20,000 bases of DNA. Source: an uncultured virus (IMG/VR IMGVR_UViG_3300029889_000001) (Duplodnaviria; Heunggongvirae; Uroviricota; Caudoviricetes). Both the position numbers and the translations under genes were made by a program. Numbering within the stretch: position 1 is the stretch's first letter; each line of letters opens with the position of its first letter. This document shows positions 1 to 7,796 of this stretch, piece by piece. The stretch spans positions 53,459 to 73,458 of the IMG/VR virus record IMGVR_UViG_3300029889_000001. One strand, written 5' to 3'. The notes under the pieces were generated by a model. It did not search any database and was not told the DNA's origin. It was given only the letters and a program-made list of their open reading frames with translations.

Positions 1-2
1 AA

Positions 3-1745
3 GGGACGAATATCCTCACCAAGCTCCTGCATTTCGTCAATGACTACCAACCTGATTCCTGCGGCGATAGATACAGCGCACTGGAAAGCCGCCTTGAAGA
101 TATGTTCCTCCGCGCCTGAGATTTCCTTGACCGGGCCAACGTATCCGCGTGCGGTTTTAACCTCAAAGCGAAGGTCTTCCGACAAAGAGGATTCGTACCC
201 AAAGGCGCTCATAACCTCACAGAGCTTCGATTCAAAACCACCGATATATTCCTCAATCAAGGTTTTCTTCACGCCGTCTTTGTCGAAATACTTGACTAGG
301 GAATCCAGCGTTGCCGCTTTCTTTTGCAGCTTCGTCAACTGCTCTGTCAGTCGTGTCCTTTCCGCCGCTCTCTCCTCAGCCGCAATGACAGGACGTAGCT
401 GCTCGTTAACCTTATCTTCCTCAGCCTGTAGGGTAGCCAGAGGGTCGTTGAACGGGAGCGTGGCGTTGACTGCCTCTGGTAGTGCCTCCAGTTCGGCCTT
501 GGTTGCCTTACCCGCCTTGACCGTCTCTGTCAAAGACGCTTCAAGTGTGATCTTTTCCTTGACCGCCGCTTCATGCTTTCTGAGTGATTCCTTTGCTGCT
601 CCGATGTCTCCTATCGCCTCGATCTGTTTGTCTACATATTGAATCTCTCGATCTGAATCGGCAACCTCTTTTTGAAGATCGCTAATCATGGCTTCTAGTT
701 TGGTAGCGTCTATGTCCTGTTCGCACATAGGGCACTTGGCTTGATCGCCTAATAATCCTTTGAGTTTTTCTATCTGCTCATTGGATACTTGGATACCACC
801 AAGCCAACTAGCGTGATTTTTGTTGAGTTCGGCTAATTCTTGAGCCTTTGCAGCGGTCGCAGTAAATCCTTTTACCTGTTCCGCGCTGAGGATTTCCGTC
901 TCTAGCTGCTCTAGTCTCGCCTTTCCCTTACCTAGCTCCGCTCTCAGACCCTCGATCTTGGTCTGTAATTTGCCGCGCTTGACCTCGATATTGTTAGCCG
1001 TTGCAACCGCTGTATCCCGCTCCAGTTGCAGGTTGTGGCGCTTTGCTTTAATCTCAGTCAACTTGGTTTGGAGAGATTCTGAGTCTACTCCTCTCGGCGT
1101 AGGTAAGGCGTCAGGAATTACGAAGTCCTTTACCTGTCGATTGGTCGTTTCACGCTCCTTGTGGAGCAACTTATACGCACCTGTAATCACAGTGAAAGGC
1201 TCTGCGTCGAAGTCAACCTTTCCTTCGCCTAACATCTCCTCCACGGCATCCGTCTTGTCCTTTGGAAAGTCGTAGTGCGGCGGAAGAACCAGCTTGGCTA
1301 ATAGGTCTGTCTGAGCCTTTTCATCTAGACGTGAGAAGTAGTCTGTCGCCGTGGCAATCAACATCGCTGCTTTCCTGTCGGCAAGGAAGTTCTTGAATCC
1401 ATTCACAATTTTGCTATTATCGGGATCATCCAAGCACTCAGTATTCACGGTGCGACCGCTCGAATTAGTATTGAGCGTTACAATATTTCGCAACAGATGT
1501 GTGCCCTGAATCTCCGCTGTGATTATTGCCTTGCTCTCGCCTTGCCGAATCTTCTTTTGGAATCCTTTACCATCACTGGAAAGGGATACAGTTGTCTGCG
1601 CAAGATTCATCGACAAAGCTTCCGCGAAACTCGTCTTGCCGCTCATGTTCTTACCGCGAAGGATTACGAAAGAGGCGTCTCCGCAGTCGAGCGTGGAGTT
1701 TTCATGAATCCTATAGTCCTTGAGTGTCAGTTTCTTCAGACGCAT
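3..1745 (-). CDS. Rad50/SbcC-like SMC-family ATPase (3' end runs off the window)
   Basis: Absent from the ORF track; translated by hand from ATG 1745: MRLKKLTLKDYRIHEN...Walker A GKNMSGKTS, coiled coil, zinc hook CPMC (723-734), coiled coil, signature ISGAE, Walker B LVVIDE. Frame stays open to the left edge (581 codons). Confidence 0.9.
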   Translation of the reverse strand, partial: MRLKKLTLKDYRIHENSTLDCGDASFVILRGKNMSGKTSFAEALSMNLAQTTVSLSSDGKGFQKKIRQGESKAIITAEIQGTHLLRNIVTLNTNSSGRTVNTECLDDPDNSKIVNGFKNFLADRKAAMLIATATDYFSRLDEKAQTDLLAKLVLPPHYDFPKDKTDAVEEMLGEGKVDFDAEPFTVITGAYKLLHKERETTNRQVKDFVIPDALPTPRGVDSESLQTKLTEIKAKRHNLQLERDTAVATANNIEVKRGKLQTKIEGLRAELGKGKARLEQLETEILSAEQVKGFTATAAKAQELAELNKNHASWLGGIQVSNEQIEKLKGLLGDQAKCPMCEQDIDATKLEAMISDLQKEVADSDREIQYVDKQIEAIGDIGAAKESLRKHEAAVKEKITLEASLTETVKAGKATKAELEALPEAVNATLPFNDPLATLQAEEDKVNEQLRPVIAAEERAAERTRLTEQLTKLQKKAATLDSLVKYFDKDGVKKTLIEEYIGGFESKLCEVMSAFGYESSLSEDLRFEVKTARGYVGPVKEISGAEEHIFKAAFQCAVSIAAGIRLVVIDEMQELGEDIRP

Positions 1746-1914
1746 CTTCTCTCTCCCATCCGCAAGTGTTACAGGTTAAAACCACGTCCATGCACGATCC
1801 GCACGGCGCACTCTTAAAGCATGTGCAGTTCTCCGATGGAGGATAGATCATCCTTCCTTCGCATCCATCTATAGGGCACGGATCGCCTTCGTCTACCTCA
1901 GAACTCATCTTCAT
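1711..1914 (-). CDS. Small Cys-rich (zinc-finger-like) hypothetical protein
   Basis: 67 aa with CPIDGC, CTC, CGSC and CNTC. Overlaps both neighbours in the same operon. Confidence 0.65.
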   Translation of the reverse strand: MKMSSEVDEGDPCPIDGCEGRMIYPPSENCTCFKSAPCGSCMDVVLTCNTCGWEREDASEETDTQGL

Positions 1915-3283
1915 CTCCCCATCCTTCCCCTTCGCTGTCCTCTTCCTGCTCCTCGTCAGGAACCGCGTCCAAAGGCTTGCTCACCTTGAGCGTTGCCTTC
2001 GTTACCTTGTCTGCGGTGTCCTGACAGGCTTGGTCAAGAAACGCCCTCTTTTTTGTTCCCAAATAGCTATTGAGCTTGGTTGAAGAGATAACCAGTTTTC
2101 CCATCCATGCCGTATCGCCTGTATTACCGAAAGCGTAATCTTCTACGATCAAATCCGCAATCGGCATTATCGGCCTGACTCTTCCTTCCTTACATTTTGG
2201 GCATAGTCCATTTTCAGGAACATAGTCGAATTGTTTTCCGCAGTCACACCTAGTTGCGATACTTTCTCCTGTTGTCCTGAAAAGAGGATACACGCTAGAT
2301 TCACTCTCGACGGGTCCGAAGACGTAAGCCTTCCCGTTGTAGTCTTTGAGAACTACTCTCTTTCCTGTCCCGTTAACATAATCGCGCAGCGTCTTGCTGT
2401 TGACCTTTGAAAAAGCACTGTACCAAAGCAGATAGCGGAGCCTATCAACTGGCTCTAGTTGCATTTGAGGGTTCCATTGGCTAATGGGGCACTCACGGTT
2501 GGAAAGAAGAGGGCAGTAGACACATTGAGCGCCTGAGATTGCTTCAATTTCCTTGCCGCCGTCGAAACTCACATGGATGGTTTTCTGGCGCTCTCTCGCA
2601 GCCTTCGCTTCCTCAATCAACTTAGGAACGTCTTGGCGCGTGTATTCCACCGTCCTAGTCATATTTTTGTAACGGACGAAAGTCAAACGGAATACAACAG
2701 TCTCCACCCATGTAAAGTGTTGATAAATAAAAAGCGCGTACATCTTAGCCTGCATTGTTTCGCTTGGCTCAAAAGCGCGAGCGTGTGATTTGAAGTCATC
2801 CACTAGAATCTTGTTTTCTGTGCGGAAGACGTACACGCCGTCAAGTGTTCCCTGATAGCATGGAGGCAACCCACTGTCTCCGCTTATCCCTTCTACCTCC
2901 GTTGCCACATCGGTAGGCTGAAAATGCTCATCAAGAGCCATGCCTAGTTCTGTAGCAAATAAATGTTCGTGGTCAACTACAAATCCATCGCGGAGTCCTG
3001 ATAGAATCCTAGCCGCTTGTGGCCCTGCGCCATGACTGAAAGATTCAAAGGCATCCAAGTCCATCCCTACCGATTTACGGGCGCAGTGGGAGAGATAAAG
3101 CGCCATTGTCTTGTGGATTTCAGTTCCACGCGCCGCCTCAAGTCCTCCCGGTGGTTTATTTCCTTTAATGAATACTTCCGTATAGAAACGAGGACAGGCC
3201 ATCGTTTCCTGAGTGGACTGCCTGAGTGGTGGGATAGGACTCTTCTGAATTTGAACCAACTCGGTAGATTTTCTCTTAGGCAT
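1898..3283 (-). CDS. PD-(D/E)xK exonuclease, Cas4/RecB/AddB-like, with extra C-terminal Zn ribbon and acidic tail
   Basis: N-terminal CPR, then RGTEIH, GTLD, DFKS, QAKMYA (QxxxY), and C-terminal CVYCP-x6-C (1+3 Cys Fe-S staple pattern). Additional CDC...CPKC motif. Confidence 0.88.
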   Translation of the reverse strand: MPKRKSTELVQIQKSPIPPLRQSTQETMACPRFYTEVFIKGNKPPGGLEAARGTEIHKTMALYLSHCARKSVGMDLDAFESFSHGAGPQAARILSGLRDGFVVDHEHLFATELGMALDEHFQPTDVATEVEGISGDSGLPPCYQGTLDGVYVFRTENKILVDDFKSHARAFEPSETMQAKMYALFIYQHFTWVETVVFRLTFVRYKNMTRTVEYTRQDVPKLIEEAKAARERQKTIHVSFDGGKEIEAISGAQCVYCPLLSNRECPISQWNPQMQLEPVDRLRYLLWYSAFSKVNSKTLRDYVNGTGKRVVLKDYNGKAYVFGPVESESSVYPLFRTTGESIATRCDCGKQFDYVPENGLCPKCKEGRVRPIMPIADLIVEDYAFGNTGDTAWMGKLVISSTKLNSYLGTKKRAFLDQACQDTADKVTKATLKVSKPLDAVPDEEQEEDSEGEGWGDEDEF

Positions 3284-3833
3284 TCAGTCCTTTCTGTGTG
3301 CAGTCAAAAACCATTAACCTGTCGATGTAACTCTTTGCCGCGTCGTATCCGTGAGCATGAATTACATGGTCGTACTGCGTTGTCTCGTATCCCGGCCACG
3401 CTTCTTCCTTCGGAAAGATTTCAGATGCATCAGCTTTTATTTCGGAATCCGTCCACTCAAGATGGATGACACTCTTTCTCCATCCAATCTTAATCCTTCC
3501 CTTCGGAGTTGCCACGATAAACCAAGGGTAAAAAGCGCAGCATCCACGACTACAATAGCCGTTAGGAATCTCTTCCATATATAGAGCGTGACGACCAAAA
3601 CATTCAAGAATCTTCGCCTTGTCGCAAGCGGCTTTCTCGTGCGTCTTTGGGTTGGCTCCTGTCTCTCCCTTCAGGAGAGCGTCGTCAATCGAATCTCGCG
3701 CTCTATCAATCGCAAACTTTTCATCTTCGGTAAACTCCCGCTCTATGCCTTGTATCTGAATACGAATCGCATAGCCGCCCATGTGCTGCACACTAGTTAC
3801 GTTTTTGAATTCCTGCTCGACTGCTATAGTCAC
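3276..3833 (-). CDS. Hypothetical phage protein
   Basis: 185-aa ORF, coupled to neighbours (GTGA overlap at 3830-3833). Contains YCSRGCC and IKIGWRKSVI. Confidence 0.75.
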   Translation of the reverse strand: MTIAVEQEFKNVTSVQHMGGYAIRIQIQGIEREFTEDEKFAIDRARDSIDDALLKGETGANPKTHEKAACDKAKILECFGRHALYMEEIPNGYCSRGCCAFYPWFIVATPKGRIKIGWRKSVIHLEWTDSEIKADASEIFPKEEAWPGYETTQYDHVIHAHGYDAAKSYIDRLMVFDCTQKGLNA

Positions 3834-4045
3834 GCAACCCTCCTAATCTTCTTTATCTCGCCCCATGAAATCGTAGCCAGTCTCCGGTCCTTGTGCGACA
3901 CGGAAAACGCATCCACACGCTCACGTATGTTTCCATAGGTGCGTGACGTGCAGAGCAATTCCTCTCCAGCCCATAGGCTCTTGAGCGCAAGAGTTAGTAT
4001 ATCCTTCGGCTTACGAAATGTACGCCGCTTCTTTACGAATACCAT
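3830..4045 (-). CDS. Small basic hypothetical protein
   Basis: 71 aa, strong SD (AGGAGG) upstream of ATG 4045. Confidence 0.7.
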   Translation of the reverse strand: MVFVKKRRTFRKPKDILTLALKSLWAGEELLCTSRTYGNIRERVDAFSVSHKDRRLATISWGEIKKIRRVA

Positions 4046-4056
4046 GCTGGTACCTC

Positions 4057-4248
4057 CTAAAATAGTCCTAATCTGGCAAACTCACGTCGGGTAAATTCCG
4101 CCGTCTTCGGGTCCAACTTCGCCATCAACTTGTGACGGTTGTTCGATTGCTCTATCTTTTCGTTAAGGATACGTGCCTCACCTATCCTTCTCAAGTCTTC
4201 AACCGTTTTGATGGCACCGCTCTTGCCTTTATTCTTTCCTCTCTTCAT
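4057..4248 (-). CDS. Small basic hypothetical protein
   Basis: 63 aa. ATGA overlap with the PurA-like stop; GGAGG SD inside the upstream gene. Confidence 0.65.
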   Translation of the reverse strand: MKRGKNKGKSGAIKTVEDLRRIGEARILNEKIEQSNNRHKLMAKLDPKTAEFTRREFARLGLF

Positions 4249-5366
4249 GCCGTTACCTCCATATTGATTGTCCTGTGCGCCGCTGTCGGGCCTCTCCCTT
4301 GCATAACAACAGGAGCGAGTTCACTGACCCGATCAATAAACACTCGTTCCTGCCATCCTAAGCGGGGTAGGTAGTCGAGATGACTCAAAGCCAATACATC
4401 CACCCCGCCAACAATGCTTAGTGCTTGTTTAGCCAAAGTGAAGTCAAAGCGTCCTACGCGGAACTTACCTTGGAATCCGTCGTTTCCATTGTGCGGCTCA
4501 GGAAGATCAAGAGTGTTATCTTCGGTCGGAAATGGTCCTACTCCGTGACGAGTGTAGTACGTTCTCAGGCATCCAATCCTCATTCTGTCCGTACAACCGA
4601 TCTCGTCAAGCAGCGTATCGGCGTTCTCAAAGGTAGTGTTCGTCCATGTGTTGTGCGGAGCAGTACCGTGCTTTTCGTCCAGCATTACTCCCTGCGCTCC
4701 CTCGAAAACCATGCACCTCGATTCGCCAATGATTGAACTGTCCTCCGGTACTAAACGAACAAATGCCTTCCAGCGATCATACCCAACCTTTATATCTTCA
4801 ATATTTAGATCAGAGGTAGCCTCTACTCCCATTTCTTTTTGAACAAGGTTTTTCTGAAATTTCAATTTCTCTCGCAGGTCCACCCAATCGTAAATATCCT
4901 CCGCGCAGAGCACATTATCGCGCCCGTATTTCAATTCAAACTCTCGCGCCACCCCAACTCCCATCCCACAACTTCCATGCCGTCCCGTACCACGCGCCGT
5001 CTCTCTAAGCCGGTTGAGACGCTTGTGAAAAGGTGTAATAACAACACATCTGGCGGATATGGTCAATCTTCTCCACCAGCCAGGAGTTTTCTTGGCTAAC
5101 TCATCCGCCTCGTTCAACATGGTAATTGGATCGATAAGCATAAAACGTGATAAATGCGTCCTAACTTGATCGTTCGCCATCATTCCAGAGCCGAACTGGG
5201 AAAAGGTATGATGTACGCCTTCGGGGGTAATCACGTTATGAGCGCATTGCGATCCACCCCCATGCCGCACGATTAAGTCCACTGGAAGGCTACGGCAGAG
5301 TGCATCCACCGTAGCCCCTTTGGACTCGTCGCCGAAACCTAACCCGGCTACAGAGATTGCTCTCAC
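4245..5366 (-). CDS. purA: Divergent adenylosuccinate synthetase-family (PurA-fold) ligase
   Basis: GFGDESKG (cf. GDEGKG), GGSQCAHN (cf. GGHNAGHT), GSCGMGVG, FEGAQG-x2-LD, TRHGVGPFPTE, SHLD, GRGP. 373 aa. Family call is firm; canonical activity is doubtful. Confidence 0.9.
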   Translation of the reverse strand: MRAISVAGLGFGDESKGATVDALCRSLPVDLIVRHGGGSQCAHNVITPEGVHHTFSQFGSGMMANDQVRTHLSRFMLIDPITMLNEADELAKKTPGWWRRLTISARCVVITPFHKRLNRLRETARGTGRHGSCGMGVGVAREFELKYGRDNVLCAEDIYDWVDLREKLKFQKNLVQKEMGVEATSDLNIEDIKVGYDRWKAFVRLVPEDSSIIGESRCMVFEGAQGVMLDEKHGTAPHNTWTNTTFENADTLLDEIGCTDRMRIGCLRTYYTRHGVGPFPTEDNTLDLPEPHNGNDGFQGKFRVGRFDFTLAKQALSIVGGVDVLALSHLDYLPRLGWQERVFIDRVSELAPVVMQGRGPTAAHRTINMEVTA

Positions 5367-6307
5367 AGCCTTGCCGCCTTCCCCGCTCCAGACGTAGCCA
5401 GTGAGTCAGTGGTAACATGCTTCATTGACTTGACTAGAGCCTTGGCTTCGCTATCTCCTACGCCGATAGCCACAAGGTCAGTGACCACCGACGCCGGAGT
5501 TGCCTTGGACTCATACAGGCCAATAGTCGAAGCAATCAACTCGCAAAGCAGATTTGGATGCTGGCTGGTTAGCACAGATTCCTCGCCAAACAGTCTGACG
5601 TACTGCTCACGAGCATGACGGTATCCACCATCCGGCCAGATCACGAAGATATTGAAGTTCCTGCGGGCCTCTTCGATGATCTCCGCGATAGGAATATCTT
5701 TTTCGATGGTATCGCCGAAGATCGCCTTCACTTCCTTCGCTTGAACATGGGTGAAGATTGGCTCATCGGCATACAGGAACATATAGCCCTTTTTCCCACG
5801 TTTCTCGACAGAATCAAGCACCATCTTCCGCGCTGCCGCGTAGAGCAGCAGATCGTAAGACTCACCATCATTGCCGCCTCCAAGACAGACCAGATAGATG
5901 TTGCGAATGTGATCGTCTACGCGGTTGTCACTCTCGAAGTCTGAAAGCTGAACACAGTTGGACCCCGCATAGTTGTAGTCATCATTCGCCGCAACCGCAA
6001 CTTGCGGATCAGTCAGGTACTTGTTGAGCAGTTCCATCAGGTTAGGCAAACGCTTCTGCGCGTCCACTGCTCGCTCATAGTTCGAGCCTGTCACGTCAAA
6101 GCAAACTAGTACAGGGTTGGATTGTGGATGCTCTGTCGAGTCACGCGCTTCGAGTTTTCCGAAAGGCTTGCTATTGATCCTCAGCGGGTCAAGGTTCGTG
6201 TGAACTGACGTTGCTGTTTTGGTATAGGCAAAATCGGCTACGCCGGTTGCCTTACGAGTGGTTGCTGACGAATGATATGCACCGCTATCCCAGGCTCCCC
6301 CGCCCAT
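5363..6307 (-). CDS. von Willebrand factor A (vWA) domain protein
   Basis: MIDAS-like DVTGS after a hydrophobic strand (VLVCF), GGGNDGESY, FLYADE. N-terminus MGGGAW. SD AAGGAG; GTGA-coupled to the PurA-like gene. Confidence 0.85.
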   Translation of the reverse strand: MGGGAWDSGAYHSSATTRKATGVADFAYTKTATSVHTNLDPLRINSKPFGKLEARDSTEHPQSNPVLVCFDVTGSNYERAVDAQKRLPNLMELLNKYLTDPQVAVAANDDYNYAGSNCVQLSDFESDNRVDDHIRNIYLVCLGGGNDGESYDLLLYAAARKMVLDSVEKRGKKGYMFLYADEPIFTHVQAKEVKAIFGDTIEKDIPIAEIIEEARRNFNIFVIWPDGGYRHAREQYVRLFGEESVLTSQHPNLLCELIASTIGLYESKATPASVVTDLVAIGVGDSEAKALVKSMKHVTTDSLATSGAGKAARL

Positions 6308-6324
6308 CGTTTGTCTCCTTTTCT

Positions 6325-7374
6325 TTACGGCAAGTTAAATTCAACCCACTTAGGGGAGCCGTACCCCTTAGCAGCAGCTTGCTTCCAATCCTCAAGAACA
6401 TCACCGGCTTTCTGGTAACGCTTATCTGGATTTTCATCAAGACACTTCGATAGAACTTTTCCTAACTCCGGCAGCCACAAGGTTCCGCACAGATATGTCA
6501 TTAACCGCGCTGCCATGTAGATGTCGGATGGTGGCCCAATGTACTTCTTTGAAAGCAATTCTGGAGCATAGTGATCTTGCCACGCAGGAACCCACGAAGA
6601 AAGTCTCGTCCTCTGGGTATAGTCAACACTATAGCACCAATCCACGAGCCTGATCGAATGTTTTCTTGAGTCTTTTGTTATCGTGTTTCCGTCATTGTCT
6701 GGATAAAATAAAACGTGAGGCGGAAGGATGGCTCCATGAATGATCTTGAAATGATGAACCCAGGTAAGAAGAGTTAGGATTCTCTTAAACATCCACACTC
6801 CAGTCTTCTTCTCTACTGTGTTGTCTCCAAACTTTGCATGAACTTCCTGAGCCGTCACGAACCCAGGGAAGCGAGTAATAACATTCGCCTCTCGCTTCCA
6901 CAGTCCCTCTACCCAAAAGTTGCCTACCAACTCAGGAACACCGTCTCGGACAGGACCATCAATCTTTGCCAGAATCTTGAGCGCATTGACTTCTGCGCGT
7001 AGAAGATCATTGTCGTCGTGAGAGCGAGCAACCTTTACCAGAATCTTTCCGCCTTCAACCGTGTAAAGGTCTGCTATGTCTCCTATATGCGGATGAGGCT
7101 TGGCTTTGTACTTGCCGATCTCCAGAGGGACACAGTGAGGTAAAGGTACTCTCTTGCCCCATATTCCTTTCCTCACTCTCTCATCGGCTATTTGCTTGAG
7201 TTCGTTGAGTTTTTGAAAAGCCTTCTTTGCGATAGGCTCCGTAGGATTGTGATCTGGATGGCAAGCACGAGCAAGTTTACGAAAGACTATTGCTGGATCG
7301 TCGCCAGAACCAAACACATCCTCTGGGCAGCAGGCTCCGTCTAGCTTGTCGTAGATGAGTTGTAGTTCGCTCAC
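6325..7374 (-). CDS. J-domain-like (HPD) N-terminus fused to an atypical Ser/Thr-kinase fold (probable pseudokinase)
   Basis: FRKLARACHPDHN...AFQKL J-like segment. Kinase landmarks LVKVA, alphaC E, IIHGAILPPHV (HRD position = HGA), LVDWC (DFG position), YAPE, SDIY, CLDENPDKR. Confidence 0.85.
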   Translation of the reverse strand: MSELQLIYDKLDGACCPEDVFGSGDDPAIVFRKLARACHPDHNPTEPIAKKAFQKLNELKQIADERVRKGIWGKRVPLPHCVPLEIGKYKAKPHPHIGDIADLYTVEGGKILVKVARSHDDNDLLRAEVNALKILAKIDGPVRDGVPELVGNFWVEGLWKREANVITRFPGFVTAQEVHAKFGDNTVEKKTGVWMFKRILTLLTWVHHFKIIHGAILPPHVLFYPDNDGNTITKDSRKHSIRLVDWCYSVDYTQRTRLSSWVPAWQDHYAPELLSKKYIGPPSDIYMAARLMTYLCGTLWLPELGKVLSKCLDENPDKRYQKAGDVLEDWKQAAAKGYGSPKWVEFNLP

Positions 7375-7673
7375 TCAGAAGTCTCCGTTCCCTCTACCTT
7401 CGGTTCCTCAATCAAAGGCTCAATCATGTCGAGTCCTACCAGAATAGCCTTGAGCGTGGCACGAAGACTCTCAACCTCACTCTTACGTTGGTTATTGCGG
7501 TGAATCTGATCGAAGGCTTTGACGATATTGAAGGTCGTTCCGGTTTGAATCTTACGGTCGCTTGAGTAGTACCCTTGCTGTGAACCTACTGTTCGACCTG
7601 CTAGGTAGTCAATCTCTCGAAAAGTCGCCTCAACGAGAAAATTCCCGTCTCCTATAGTTCCGATGATTTTCAT
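7371..7673 (-). CDS. Hypothetical protein, first gene of the kinase-vWA-PurA unit
   Basis: 100 aa, SD GGGAGAGGG, GTGA-coupled to the kinase gene. Confidence 0.7.
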   Translation of the reverse strand: MKIIGTIGDGNFLVEATFREIDYLAGRTVGSQQGYYSSDRKIQTGTTFNIVKAFDQIHRNNQRKSEVESLRATLKAILVGLDMIEPLIEEPKVEGTETSE

Positions 7674-7796
7674 TGTCCCTCTCCCAATGTGTTGATGCGC
7701 GGCGCTCGGATGCTGAGACTTCGCCCGGACGCGACCCGATGTGCCTTAGAGGGACACGCCGCGCACTCTCGACAACTCCCCTAGCTGCCGAAAGGT
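7674..7796 (-). ncRNA. Putative structured cis-regulatory RNA (three-way junction with anti-RBS pairing)
   Basis: Perfect 9-bp stems 7757-7765/7696-7704 and 7748-7756/7674-7682, the latter covering the RBS. Inner hairpin UCGGGU(C)GC...GCAUCCGA. GC-rich intergenic spacer in an otherwise gap-free arm. Confidence 0.5.

Noticed and set aside
40..1817. Plus-strand ORFs 40-642, 958-1275, 1497-1817 and neighbours
   Set aside because: They are antisense shadows of the SbcC-like gene, with Ser/Leu-rich composition and no motifs.
1898..3283. CRISPR-Cas locus suggested by the Cas4-like gene
   Set aside because: No cas1/cas2 and no repeat-spacer array seen; stand-alone Cas4-like nucleases are common in phages.
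4245..5366. PurZ / 2-aminoadenine (Z-genome) pathway
   Set aside because: The catalytic Asp is retained (GDESKG) where PurZ has Ser. No dATPase (DatZ), MazZ or DNA polymerase gene is in the window.
7690..7770. tRNA or tRNA-like gene in the GC-rich spacer (also considered for 11474-11580)
   Set aside because: No T-loop GTTCRA, D-loop or CCA arrangement compatible with a tRNA cloverleaf.
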